The notes under the pieces are model-generated. The model had not been told where the DNA came from and did not search any database. It saw only the letters and a program-made list of their open reading frames with translations. From an uncultured Gammaproteobacteria bacterium (GTDB taxonomy: Bacteria; Patescibacteriota; Microgenomatia; JALYQM01), in assembly GCA_964535655.1 (NCBI GenBank), contig CAZHTP010000004.1, positions 11,108-75,107 on the forward strand: DNA of 64,000 nt, written 5' to 3'. Each line of letters begins with the position of its first letter. The first letter of the stretch is position 1. Of the stretch, positions 19,814-28,627 are shown piece after piece. The position numbers and the translations under genes are program-made.

Positions 19814-20440
19814 ATGAAGGTCTATTTTGTGCGGCATGCCCAGAGTGCTTTTAATGCTCAGGATTTATTACATCAGTATCACGAAGGTGAATTATCTGAA
19901 TTTGGCGTAAGGCAAGCGGAATTTGTAGCCCAGCGTTTTTCCCGGATATCACTTGATGTGATCATTTCTAGCCCGTATGAGCGGGCTCGGGAAACTGCAA
20001 CAATTATTTCAGGTGTTGTGCAACGAGATGTTGTTTTTAGTGACTTGTTATCCGAATTTAAAGGACCGCGAGAACTTGAGGGAAAACGAAAAAATGATCC
20101 TGAAGTTGTTCGCATTAATTCGTTGATGACGAAACATAGAAATAATCCGGAATGGAAATACAGCGATGAAGAGAGTTTTGGTGAACTACGTGCGCGGGCC
20201 GGAAAGGTTTTGGATTTTCTTGCGGCTCAATCTTATGAGAATATTTTGTGTATCACTCATGGCTTGTTCTTGCGAGTGATTATTGCTTCGATGATGTTTG
20301 GCTCGGCAATGTCGCGAGAGGAGATGGTAAGTTTTATGCGATTTGTGCGAATACACAATACCGGTATTTCGGCGTGTGAATTACTGGATACCGGTACATG
20401 GCGGTTAATTACTCTTAACGATTATGCACACCTGGGTTAA
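19814..20440 (+). CDS. Histidine phosphatase family protein
   Basis: VRHAQS, SSP..RARET, THG, LND.AHL motifs. Confidence 0.88.
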   Translation: MKVYFVRHAQSAFNAQDLLHQYHEGELSEFGVRQAEFVAQRFSRISLDVIISSPYERARETATIISGVVQRDVVFSDLLSEFKGPRELEGKRKNDPEVVRINSLMTKHRNNPEWKYSDEESFGELRARAGKVLDFLAAQSYENILCITHGLFLRVIIASMMFGSAMSREEMVSFMRFVRIHNTGISACELLDTGTWRLITLNDYAHLG

Positions 20441-20733
20441 AGAGGACATGCTGCAAATTCGCACGTTGGGGCAACTCTTCCGACGGCAGAACCATCAGGA
20501 CAAATTTTTGCATCCATGCTACACATTACGCCTGTTGGGTGAAGTGGTGGCCGACCAGGTAGCTCTTTTTGAGTCATTTCTGTTTGTTCAATAAATCTTC
20601 CGTATTGAACACCAAAGAGAAATCCAACAAATGGTAGTGTGATGAATACTATTGCTGCTATAGTTTTTGAAAGAGGAGTTACGCGCATTAATTCTTTAGG
20701 GATCTTTTTGTGAAGTTTTTTGTGAAATTTCAT
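20437..20733 (-). CDS. Small membrane-anchored protein with CPR-type Cys module
   Basis: VTPLSK TM helix; CSMDAKICPDGSAVGRVAPTCEFAACP. Confidence 0.75.
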   Translation of the reverse strand: MKFHKKLHKKIPKELMRVTPLSKTIAAIVFITLPFVGFLFGVQYGRFIEQTEMTQKELPGRPPLHPTGVMCSMDAKICPDGSAVGRVAPTCEFAACPL

Positions 20734-20827
20734 ATTAGCTCTTTATTCTTTTTGTTTCTACTTTAGTCACTTTAATTCTTTTGGGAATACGGATTTTCAT
20801 ATCTATACATTACTGTAGTATGTTTTC

Positions 20828-21241
20828 TTACATGATGTCAATAGAATTGAAGTAGGATTCAATTAATTTTAAATCTTCAAGATCTTTTTCGCGCGCAAGT
20901 TTCTTTTTGTAGTCGCGGATTATGTTCAGTTTCACAAAGGGAAAATCTTGAATGATCTCAACTTGAGCGAGTTGTTCTTCGGCTGTGGCAAATATTTCTT
21001 TATTGGCTTTAAGAACTTTTCCTAAGATTTCAATGCCACCCAGCACGATTTTTTCATCTTGCACGATGTAATCTTGATACTGGTTTTTTAAATCTTCCCA
21101 AAGTTCTTCTGTAACGACAATGTCTAGGTCGTGGGCTTCCCGTAACCCTCTAATGGCCAGCGGTCCTGAAGCGGTGATTGCATAATGGCCTTCAGGTAAG
21201 TTTAGTTCTTTCAATTCGTCGAGTAATTTTTGAATACTCAA
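20828..21241 (-). CDS. Nucleotidyltransferase-like protein
   Basis: ASGPLAIRGLREAHDLDIVV; REKD..D C-terminal motif. Confidence 0.65.
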   Translation of the reverse strand: MSIQKLLDELKELNLPEGHYAITASGPLAIRGLREAHDLDIVVTEELWEDLKNQYQDYIVQDEKIVLGGIEILGKVLKANKEIFATAEEQLAQVEIIQDFPFVKLNIIRDYKKKLAREKDLEDLKLIESYFNSIDIM

Positions 21242-21256
21242 TATGTAGTCCTTTGG

Positions 21257-21820
21257 TTACTCATTGAGTAATGTATGTAATGCTATTTTTTTTCTCAGCT
21301 TAAAGTATTCCAGATAAGTATTCGTAATTGCTTTATCCATTATTTCTATTGTATGCAACTCTTTCTCGGAAAAATACTCTATGTCTGAAACATCATCGGA
21401 AGGATTGAGTGTACCTTCAATAATCTTTGCACAAATAGAGAGACCGAGTACAGGGAGGTCAATACCTTTATATAAATAGTTGGCAGGGACGGTTCCAATT
21501 ATCCGTCCAGGACGGATTTGAACTCCTAATTCTTCTTTTGCTTCGCGGATGGCGCTAAAATATGCAGTTTCACCTGGTTCCATAAATCCACCGGGGATAT
21601 CCCACGTTCCGAAGCGAGGTTCGATAGCCCGTTTGGTGAGGAGTACTTTGCCTTCTGCATTTTCAATTATTATTCCTACTGTCGGTGCGGCATTGATAAA
21701 TAGATGGTAACCACAGGTTTGACATTGCATTAAATTATGTATGGTGTGTTTTAAATTACCACAACAGCGGGGGCAGTATTTGTAGGCTTTGTATGGTGTC
21801 ATAGTGTTTCTCACTATCAT
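21257..21820 (-). CDS. Zn-ribbon Nudix hydrolase
   Basis: YCPRC...CQTCG; PGGFMEPGE...REAKEELG; start may be 21802. Confidence 0.85.
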   Translation of the reverse strand: MIVRNTMTPYKAYKYCPRCCGNLKHTIHNLMQCQTCGYHLFINAAPTVGIIIENAEGKVLLTKRAIEPRFGTWDIPGGFMEPGETAYFSAIREAKEELGVQIRPGRIIGTVPANYLYKGIDLPVLGLSICAKIIEGTLNPSDDVSDIEYFSEKELHTIEIMDKAITNTYLEYFKLRKKIALHTLLNE

Positions 21821-21827
21821 TTTACTC

Positions 21828-22384
21828 TTAAACTGTTTTTTTTTCTATTTCGCTTATTAATGATTGCGTAATGTAGGAGTAGTTAAATTTCTTAACATAT
21901 TCGAGTCCTTTTTTAATCATCTCATTGCGATTGTATTTCCCTAACAACATGTTTATGATTTTTTCTTCTAAATCTTTAGGGTTACTGTTTTGAGCGTAAA
22001 CACTGTGTTAACCGGCAGCTTCAGGAACTCCGCCAACGACAGTGGTTATGAGAGGGGTACCTGCGGCTTGGTATTCAATAGCGCAGGCACAGAGCGTTTC
22101 AACGAAGTTTTTGATAGGTTTTATAGGAATTATTTCACTAAAAATCCATACCCGCCTAAAACTAGTGTGGTGTTGGGAAATTGTTTTTTAACATTGTCGA
22201 AAGCAAGAATAAGGTCTGAAATTCCTTTTTCTGGAAATAGTCTACCGAAATATGAAATGATTCGATGATCTTTATTAACTCCAAATTTTTCTTTAACTTG
22301 CTCAATTTGTTTTGGGTGTTTCTCAGTAAAGAATTTATCGTCGAGAGGGGCATACGGAGAGTAGGAATTTTGCCTCACCGTCAT
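21828..22384 (-). pseudogene. Decayed GT4 glycosyltransferase (C-terminal half)
   Basis: YFGRLFPEKG fragment stops at 22130; downstream remnant IEYQAAGTPLITTVVGGVPEAAG then an in-frame stop; N-terminal domain absent. Confidence 0.75.
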
Positions 22385-22490
22385 CTAAATGATTGCCCAT
22401 AGAATCAAGTACGTCAGAACCGAGTGCTTTGTCAGTTTACCAATAAATGCTTTTAGGCGTGCTCCGTCAAATAATTGGCCGATTATATTC

Positions 22491-23495
22491 TTAGGGTAAG
22501 TTGATCGCAAGAGGAGTGGTGATGGTTGGAAATTGATTGTTCCAAATTTCAAAAGGGTAGGCGTTACCTGAATCGATGAGCGTTTGGGCATCACTTGGGG
22601 TAAGGGAAAAACCGGAGTGGAGAATTTCTTGATACCAGGTTTGTGACTTAAGCCATTCTTGATTGAGAGTAATAGGGGAGCGATTGAGTAGATTGGTTGT
22701 GAAGGAATGAAGGTCTTCTTGATTAACTTCGTAGCCGGCGGCGCTTTGTGCAGTGAAAGATTTAAATATTATTACTTGGGCGTCGCTTGTTAGTACTGAG
22801 ATTTTTCCTTTTTTAGGAGGACCGGTGATTGGGGGTGGTTGGGCAAGGTGTTGATGATTGATGCTTTGAATTTTTGCCGAAACATAAAGTATGTGATCTC
22901 GCAATTGAGTACGTATTTGAGGTGACCATGCGGTGTTAACAGGTACGCCGCAACGAATATTACTGCCGCGGAGAATTTTTCCTGTTGGATCTTGAGGGAG
23001 ATTGGTGACTACTATCTTTGATCCTTCCTTTAGTTGATCTTGGACAAAGGATGGGAATATTTGTTGGGGCGCTACATTTTTGTAAAATGGATCACTTAAT
23101 AAGGCTTCAGTGTACAGATTTGAAATATCTATGTTTTTCCCTTTGTTAAACAAGAAGGCATAGAGTGCTGCTGCTGTTATAAAGTGACCATTATTTAAGG
23201 CAGTAATTTGAGCGATGTTGTATTTCCACCAGGCCTGGCTTATTTGAGAATCTTTTTCCCCTGGAAATTGATCTTGAATGGCTTTAAGAATGAGTCGCTC
23301 GCCAAAGCCTACTCTCTGTTCAATTGATCCTAGTGGAAATGATTCTAAATATCTGCCAAAAATTCTATAATTCCATTCAAGTCCGATTGTAGTGCCGAAT
23401 GTTGCGAGCAAATATCTGAGCACCCCCCTTCGTTTAACTGTTTTTTGAGGTTTTGGCTCTTCAAGAGGTGGTGTCTGGTGCTGCTCTACAGACAT
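22491..23495 (-). CDS. Hypothetical protein with twin-Arg-like N-terminal anchor
   Basis: Long ORF; KRRGVLRYL followed by a hydrophobic segment. Confidence 0.6.
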   Translation of the reverse strand: MSVEQHQTPPLEEPKPQKTVKRRGVLRYLLATFGTTIGLEWNYRIFGRYLESFPLGSIEQRVGFGERLILKAIQDQFPGEKDSQISQAWWKYNIAQITALNNGHFITAAALYAFLFNKGKNIDISNLYTEALLSDPFYKNVAPQQIFPSFVQDQLKEGSKIVVTNLPQDPTGKILRGSNIRCGVPVNTAWSPQIRTQLRDHILYVSAKIQSINHQHLAQPPPITGPPKKGKISVLTSDAQVIIFKSFTAQSAAGYEVNQEDLHSFTTNLLNRSPITLNQEWLKSQTWYQEILHSGFSLTPSDAQTLIDSGNAYPFEIWNNQFPTITTPLAINLP

Positions 23496-23564
23496 TACTA
23501 TATAAAGTATAGCATGGGGAAATGGGTTTGGATAGTGCTGGTAAGTAGTAGTATAATGCTGCAC

Positions 23565-24329
23565 ATGGCAGATGAAAAAGCTCCTAGGGAGCGTATAAAT
23601 GATATTTTGCAGGATCAGCCGCAAACTTTGCGTTCACCTCTTGCTGAGGGCGTGAATATTTATGATGATGGTCATTTTGTGGCTGCTTTTGAGTCTATTA
23701 AAAGGCGAAGGATACAAGTAGTTGGTGAAGAAGTTGAAATTGGTGAATATTTGGCGGGTTGTGGTGAAAGGAATGGAAATACTCGTACGTATAGAAAAGT
23801 TTTTCATTTGGACATAGATACTCGTTCCATTGAAGACGTTGTGCTTAGTCATTTAATGACACAAATGGCAAAGTTTTTGCCACTAGATACTCTTGATATG
23901 CAGGAAGGAGATACTGAGCGGCGAGTACGTAAGTACACACAACGTTATAGGTCAGGTTCAAGCTATAGTAATGAGTCTTTGTATAAATTTATGATAGGAA
24001 CATACTCTCCGCCAGGGCGAGGAACCCTTAAAATTAACGTGGGAGGGATGATTGGCGCTGAATTTATTGCAGTTGCGGATCATTTAACTCCATTTTGGAT
24101 TTCATATATACGTAGTATCACTGATGTATATCCAAAAGTTTTGAAAAACAGCGGAAATATACGGCAACATAACATGGCAGAGCTGCCGAAAATTCTTTCT
24201 TATACAGATTGGGCGAAAGAGCAGCAATTGGGATTTAATGCTGGTATTCAAGCTGAATTACGATTTTTGGGGTATAGAGCAACGTTGCGAAAATTCCAGA
24301 GGATGAATACGCGAGAAATTGAGGATTAA
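23565..24329 (+). CDS. Hypothetical protein
   Basis: Long ORF; ATG 7 nt after TATAAT (23552-23557). Confidence 0.6.
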   Translation: MADEKAPRERINDILQDQPQTLRSPLAEGVNIYDDGHFVAAFESIKRRRIQVVGEEVEIGEYLAGCGERNGNTRTYRKVFHLDIDTRSIEDVVLSHLMTQMAKFLPLDTLDMQEGDTERRVRKYTQRYRSGSSYSNESLYKFMIGTYSPPGRGTLKINVGGMIGAEFIAVADHLTPFWISYIRSITDVYPKVLKNSGNIRQHNMAELPKILSYTDWAKEQQLGFNAGIQAELRFLGYRATLRKFQRMNTREIED

Positions 24330-24402
24330 TTGTCTAGGCCGGTTTAGGTATGTGGAGAGAGATTCCAAAGGGCGTGCCAGTTGAGATGTGAGGAGCTGAT
24401 TA

Positions 24403-24438
24403 ATTCAAAGTCACCTATATTTCAAGGTGACCCTGAAT
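24403..24438. terminator. Hairpin between convergent genes
   Basis: GTCACCT/AGGTGAC core with ATTCA/TGAAT extension; no T tract. Confidence 0.35.
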
Positions 24439-24448
24439 CTAAGTATAT

Positions 24449-25888
24449 TTAATACGCCTGCGCAAAGACCCACTTGTGCTTGGCTTCTTTACCACAGCGA
24501 ACGCAGGTATTGCCTGGTTCTTCTTTGGTGTCAAATGGCAAGCATCTTGTCGTTGCTTTGGTTTCTTCCTTAATTTGCTCTTCGCATTCTTTGTTCTCGC
24601 ACCAGTAGGCGTGAAGAAATCCGCGCTTGGTGTTCATGATGTTTTTGAACTTTTCGTAATCTTTGACTTGTGATGTAAGTGACTCTTGCATGGCAATGGC
24701 TTTGTCATACATTTGTTTTTGGATTTGTTCAAGGAGCATGGGGATTTTTTCACCAACTTCTGAAATCGTGATCTGTTCTTTTTGACCGTTGTGGCGAATA
24801 GAAACAGATACTATGCTATTTTCAAGCTCTTTTGCGCCAAGTTCGAGTCGCAGTGGTACTCCTTTTAACTCGTATTCGTTTCTTTTGTATCCTAATGAGT
24901 ACTCAGAACGAATATCTATTTTTGTTCTTAGTCCTTTATTCTGTAACGCTAAATCGATATTCTCGGCAGCGCGGAAACTTTCCCCATCCTGACCAATGGG
25001 AATTATTACTACCTGGGTTGGTGCGGCTTTTGGTGGAAGCACCAAGCCTTGATCGTCGCCATGAACCATTACCACTGCGCCAAGGGCGCGCGTAGAATAA
25101 CCAAAACTGGTCTGCCAGGCGTATTCGTTTTGACCTTCTTTGTTTTGGAAGGAGATATCGAAGGCTTTGGAGAAATTCTGGCCGAGGTCGTGGGAGGTGC
25201 ATCCTTGGAGGGCTTTACCGTCGGGCATTATCATTTCGTAGGTGGTGGTGTTGTCTGCGCCCGCAAATTTTTCGGATTGGCTTTTAACACCTTTAATGCC
25301 TGGTATTGCGAGTAACTCCTGATAGGTTTGGGCGTAGGCATTAATGCCGTCAATTACTTGTGCCCAACATTCTTTGTGGGTAGCGTGGGCGGTGTGGGCT
25401 TCCTGCCATAAAAATTCAGCACCACGCAGGAAGAAGTAGGTACGCTTTTCCCAGCGCACAACGTTATTCCATTGATTTAGTTTCATTGGGAGATCGCGGT
25501 GGGACTGTATCCATTTACTGTACATTGCATACATGATGGTTTCGGATGTTGGGCGTACGGCTAGTTTTTCTTCAAGCTCTTCGCCGCCACCAATGGTAAC
25601 TACTGCGAGCTCTGGTGAGAATCCTTCAACGTGGCTGGCTTCTTTTTTAAGAAATGATTCTGGGATAAAAAGAGGAAAATAGCTGTTTTCGCAACCCATG
25701 TCTTTTAACTTGGCGTCCAAAAATTTCTGGACGGTTTCCCATACTGCATACGAAAGTGGGCGATAGACAATACAGCCGCGAACCGGGGAGTAGTCGGCCA
25801 TTTCGGACTTGGTGATTACATTGATGTACCAGTCGGACATATTGTCTGACTTTTTAGTTACGCCTTTTTTTTCAAATGTTTGGTTCAT
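24449..25888 (-). CDS. proS: Proline--tRNA ligase (archaeal/eukaryote-type)
   Basis: HVEGFSPE, RPTSET, VVRWE, EFLWQE, HGDD.GLVLPP, C-terminal AQAY. Confidence 0.97.
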   Translation of the reverse strand: MNQTFEKKGVTKKSDNMSDWYINVITKSEMADYSPVRGCIVYRPLSYAVWETVQKFLDAKLKDMGCENSYFPLFIPESFLKKEASHVEGFSPELAVVTIGGGEELEEKLAVRPTSETIMYAMYSKWIQSHRDLPMKLNQWNNVVRWEKRTYFFLRGAEFLWQEAHTAHATHKECWAQVIDGINAYAQTYQELLAIPGIKGVKSQSEKFAGADNTTTYEMIMPDGKALQGCTSHDLGQNFSKAFDISFQNKEGQNEYAWQTSFGYSTRALGAVVMVHGDDQGLVLPPKAAPTQVVIIPIGQDGESFRAAENIDLALQNKGLRTKIDIRSEYSLGYKRNEYELKGVPLRLELGAKELENSIVSVSIRHNGQKEQITISEVGEKIPMLLEQIQKQMYDKAIAMQESLTSQVKDYEKFKNIMNTKRGFLHAYWCENKECEEQIKEETKATTRCLPFDTKEEPGNTCVRCGKEAKHKWVFAQAY

Positions 25889-25903
25889 ATGTTTCTCCTT
25901 TAC

Positions 25904-26104
25904 TTATTTGAATATTTTATCTGTTAAAAATACTGCTCCAATGCTTGCTATTATTACGGCTAAAATTAGACAAATAGTTCCACTCATGTCTTCCGAATAT
26001 AATCCAGCGTGTCTGATTTGGGGTGGCATAAGATATCTGGATACAATAAAAGTCACGATAAGTAAAATTAAAAATACACTTGTTTTTTTTACGAATTTCA
26101 TCAT
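25904..26104 (-). CDS. Small two-TM protein between T-box and proS
   Basis: 66-aa ORF with two hydrophobic helices, co-oriented with proS. Confidence 0.5.
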   Translation of the reverse strand: MMKFVKKTSVFLILLIVTFIVSRYLMPPQIRHAGLYSEDMSGTICLILAVIIASIGAVFLTDKIFK

Positions 26105-26173
26105 TTACTCTTGTTTTTCTTGTAATTCTCCTAATGATCTCCGGCTTCGCAAAATTGTATGCGTTCGCCTACG

Positions 26174-26390
26174 AAAAAACTCGTCGTTGTAATCGAGAAA
26201 TGAATCTCAATTACAAGGACGAGCTGCTTTCTTCGGCTGCGACGTGGTACCACCTTGATTCTTCGAGATCGTTTGAGCGATCTCGAACTTATTGTTACTC
26301 TGTGACGGGAGTGACTCCGGCGTAATTTTGTCTTTTGGACTTTTGGTACGCAGCGTCGCTTATTAGGATAAGCTCAAGTGCTTTTAGTGT
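26174..26390 (-). promoter_or_regulatory. T-box riboswitch (Pro) with terminator
   Basis: Minus strand: AATCAAGGTGGTACCACG T-box (26260-26243), CGTCCTT antiterminator arm, long terminator plus T6 (26223-26174), CCCGTCAC stem IIA/B motif, CCT in apical loop (26367-26365). Confidence 0.88.
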
Positions 26391-26454
26391 TGGATTTAGT
26401 TTACTATATGGGATTTTGTTGTCAAGATGAATTTTTTTTCTTGAGTGGTATAGA

Positions 26455-27609
26455 ATGGAGGAAATGGCAACGTTTAAGAAAATTGAATTCTTTGACTACT
26501 TGCGTGCTGTGGCGATATTGTTTATAGCGTTTTATCATTATGTGCTGGAGACAACGCTTTACCACATTCGGCCGAGTGTCACTTTTAGTTATGCTCAAAA
26601 TATGAAGTTGTTGGAGATTTTTCGTCCGGAGGCTCCTTTTCATGGCTTGGGGAATATTCTGGTTTTTTTAGCGGCGCAAGGTTACCAGTTTGTGGGAGTA
26701 TTTATTTTTATAAGCGGTTTTGGTATGACGTATTCTAAACTTACAAAGGGAAGTAAGCCATGGCAATGGGTTAAGAGAATAGGTAAATTACTGCCACAGT
26801 TTCAAATTGCGATTATTTTTGCATTTGTCGTTAATTATTTTTCTTTGCATTATTTAAAACGCTACTTAATTGCTGCTCCTACGGGAGAACTTTATCCCTA
26901 TTTGCGATTGTTATTGTATCCATTTGTCTGGCTAGATTTTTATGGACTTATTTCTTCTGTTAATCCTTCGCTATGGTTTTCGGGGTTAATTTTACAGTTT
27001 TATGTTGTTTACCACGGATTATTTTGGTTGTTGTTGAAAATTAAGCCTTGGATGTTTTTGCTCCTTATGGGTGGGTTGACTTTCTTGTATCGCTATGCGG
27101 TTTTGTTTCACTTCGAAGGGAATGCTTATTATTTCTCGCTCTTGCCGGTGCGGCTTGTAGAATTTGGTTTAGGAATGGCAGCAGCGTATATATATGTATG
27201 TTATAAAAAAGATATTTTTTATGAATCAAAATGGTGGTGGGGAATAGTAGGATTAGTGATTTGGTATCTTGGGTTTCGGTTAGGGTTTACTGAAATGGGG
27301 AGAGTAGTGAATGATTTCTTAACAACAGTGGGGTTGATGATGATAGGAACGGTTATTTTTAGAAACTTGAAATCTGGATGGCTAGCCACTTGGCTAGGAG
27401 TGATAGGTGTGCAGTCGTATTGGATATATTTATTGCATAACCAGCCAGTAACACAATTGCTTACTCCGTGGACTTTTAAGCAGTGGGACCATGATGGTAT
27501 GAATGGAATGACGTATGTACTTGGATTTGGAGGAATTATCTTCGTAAGTTTTCTTTTTAGTTGGGGACTCAATCAGAGTAAGAAATTTGTGCTACTATGG
27601 AGAGGATGA
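26455..27609 (+). CDS. Acyltransferase-3 (OafA-like) membrane O-acyltransferase
   Basis: DYLRAVAI..H, V.VFIFISGFG, LWF...I.QFY, SY.IYLLH motifs. Confidence 0.88.
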   Translation: MEEMATFKKIEFFDYLRAVAILFIAFYHYVLETTLYHIRPSVTFSYAQNMKLLEIFRPEAPFHGLGNILVFLAAQGYQFVGVFIFISGFGMTYSKLTKGSKPWQWVKRIGKLLPQFQIAIIFAFVVNYFSLHYLKRYLIAAPTGELYPYLRLLLYPFVWLDFYGLISSVNPSLWFSGLILQFYVVYHGLFWLLLKIKPWMFLLLMGGLTFLYRYAVLFHFEGNAYYFSLLPVRLVEFGLGMAAAYIYVCYKKDIFYESKWWWGIVGLVIWYLGFRLGFTEMGRVVNDFLTTVGLMMIGTVIFRNLKSGWLATWLGVIGVQSYWIYLLHNQPVTQLLTPWTFKQWDHDGMNGMTYVLGFGGIIFVSFLFSWGLNQSKKFVLLWRG

Positions 27610-28625
27610 ACCCTGTTTTACAAGTTCCGAGAGATTTTCTTGAAGATTTTATTGCTCATGCCTCAGTTGCAACGCAGAGAGTATGGGTTCAGGCGATGGT
27701 ATTTGAAGTTGGTGTTGTGTCGGAGCGGTTTTCTGAGGTAATGATTGGCGCGGCACGGCGCGGTTGTGATGTACGCTTCCAAGTGGACTGGAATTCGAGC
27801 CAATATGTTGATGGAGATTTACGATTAACTCCAGAATTTGATTTACGGAAAAGACAGTATGCCAATGAAGTGCATAGAGCTAATGATGATTTTTATGCCC
27901 GGTTGCGCACAGAAGGTGTACAGGTAACGATACTAAATTCTCCGCTGATTATAGCTCGGATATTTCCTATATATAAACGAAACCATACTAAATTGTACAT
28001 TGCGGATAATTTCGGATGGATGGGTGGAATGAATTTGTATGATGAGGCGTATGATTATGTTGATTTTATGGTCCGTTTTGATGATGAACGGATTGTATCT
28101 GCCTTTTGCGTGCAGTTTGCTCAGGTTAATGAACATCGTCCTAAACAAAACTATGCAGTGGATTGTACCCCGGAATATAGATTCCTTGTGGATAATGGTA
28201 AAAGTGGTGAATCAATAATATATGATGCGGCAATTGAAACTGTTTCTAATGCTTTAAAATCTATAATCCTTATTTCACAAATTGTGCCAGAAGGAATTAT
28301 GCTTGCTACATTATTACAAAAAGCGGCAACAGGTGTACGTGTAACAATTGTTACTTCGCCGCGTAAAGAGAACCAGTTTAGGAAGTATCCGCAAAAATAT
28401 TTTTACGATGTATTTAAAAAACAAGTGGTTAACCAACCAAATGTTTATTTTACTCATCTACTGACTACACTTCACGCTAAACTTATTATTGTTGATGAAC
28501 ACGTTGCGCTTTTTGGCTCACATAATTTTGTTGAACAAGGTGTTTTACTTGGCACGGAAGAGATTTGTATGCGTACAGTAGACCCTGCATTATTGAGTCA
28601 ATTGATAACTTTTTCGCGTTTATAA
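27606..28625 (+). CDS. Phospholipase D / cardiolipin synthase-like protein
   Basis: Two HKD motifs: HTKLYIAD and HAKLIIVD. Confidence 0.85.
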   Translation: MNPVLQVPRDFLEDFIAHASVATQRVWVQAMVFEVGVVSERFSEVMIGAARRGCDVRFQVDWNSSQYVDGDLRLTPEFDLRKRQYANEVHRANDDFYARLRTEGVQVTILNSPLIIARIFPIYKRNHTKLYIADNFGWMGGMNLYDEAYDYVDFMVRFDDERIVSAFCVQFAQVNEHRPKQNYAVDCTPEYRFLVDNGKSGESIIYDAAIETVSNALKSIILISQIVPEGIMLATLLQKAATGVRVTIVTSPRKENQFRKYPQKYFYDVFKKQVVNQPNVYFTHLLTTLHAKLIIVDEHVALFGSHNFVEQGVLLGTEEICMRTVDPALLSQLITFSRL

Positions 28626-28627
28626 TG

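Noticed and set aside
26080-26325. 81-aa plus-strand ORF
   Set aside because: Antisense to the T-box leader, which explains the sequence
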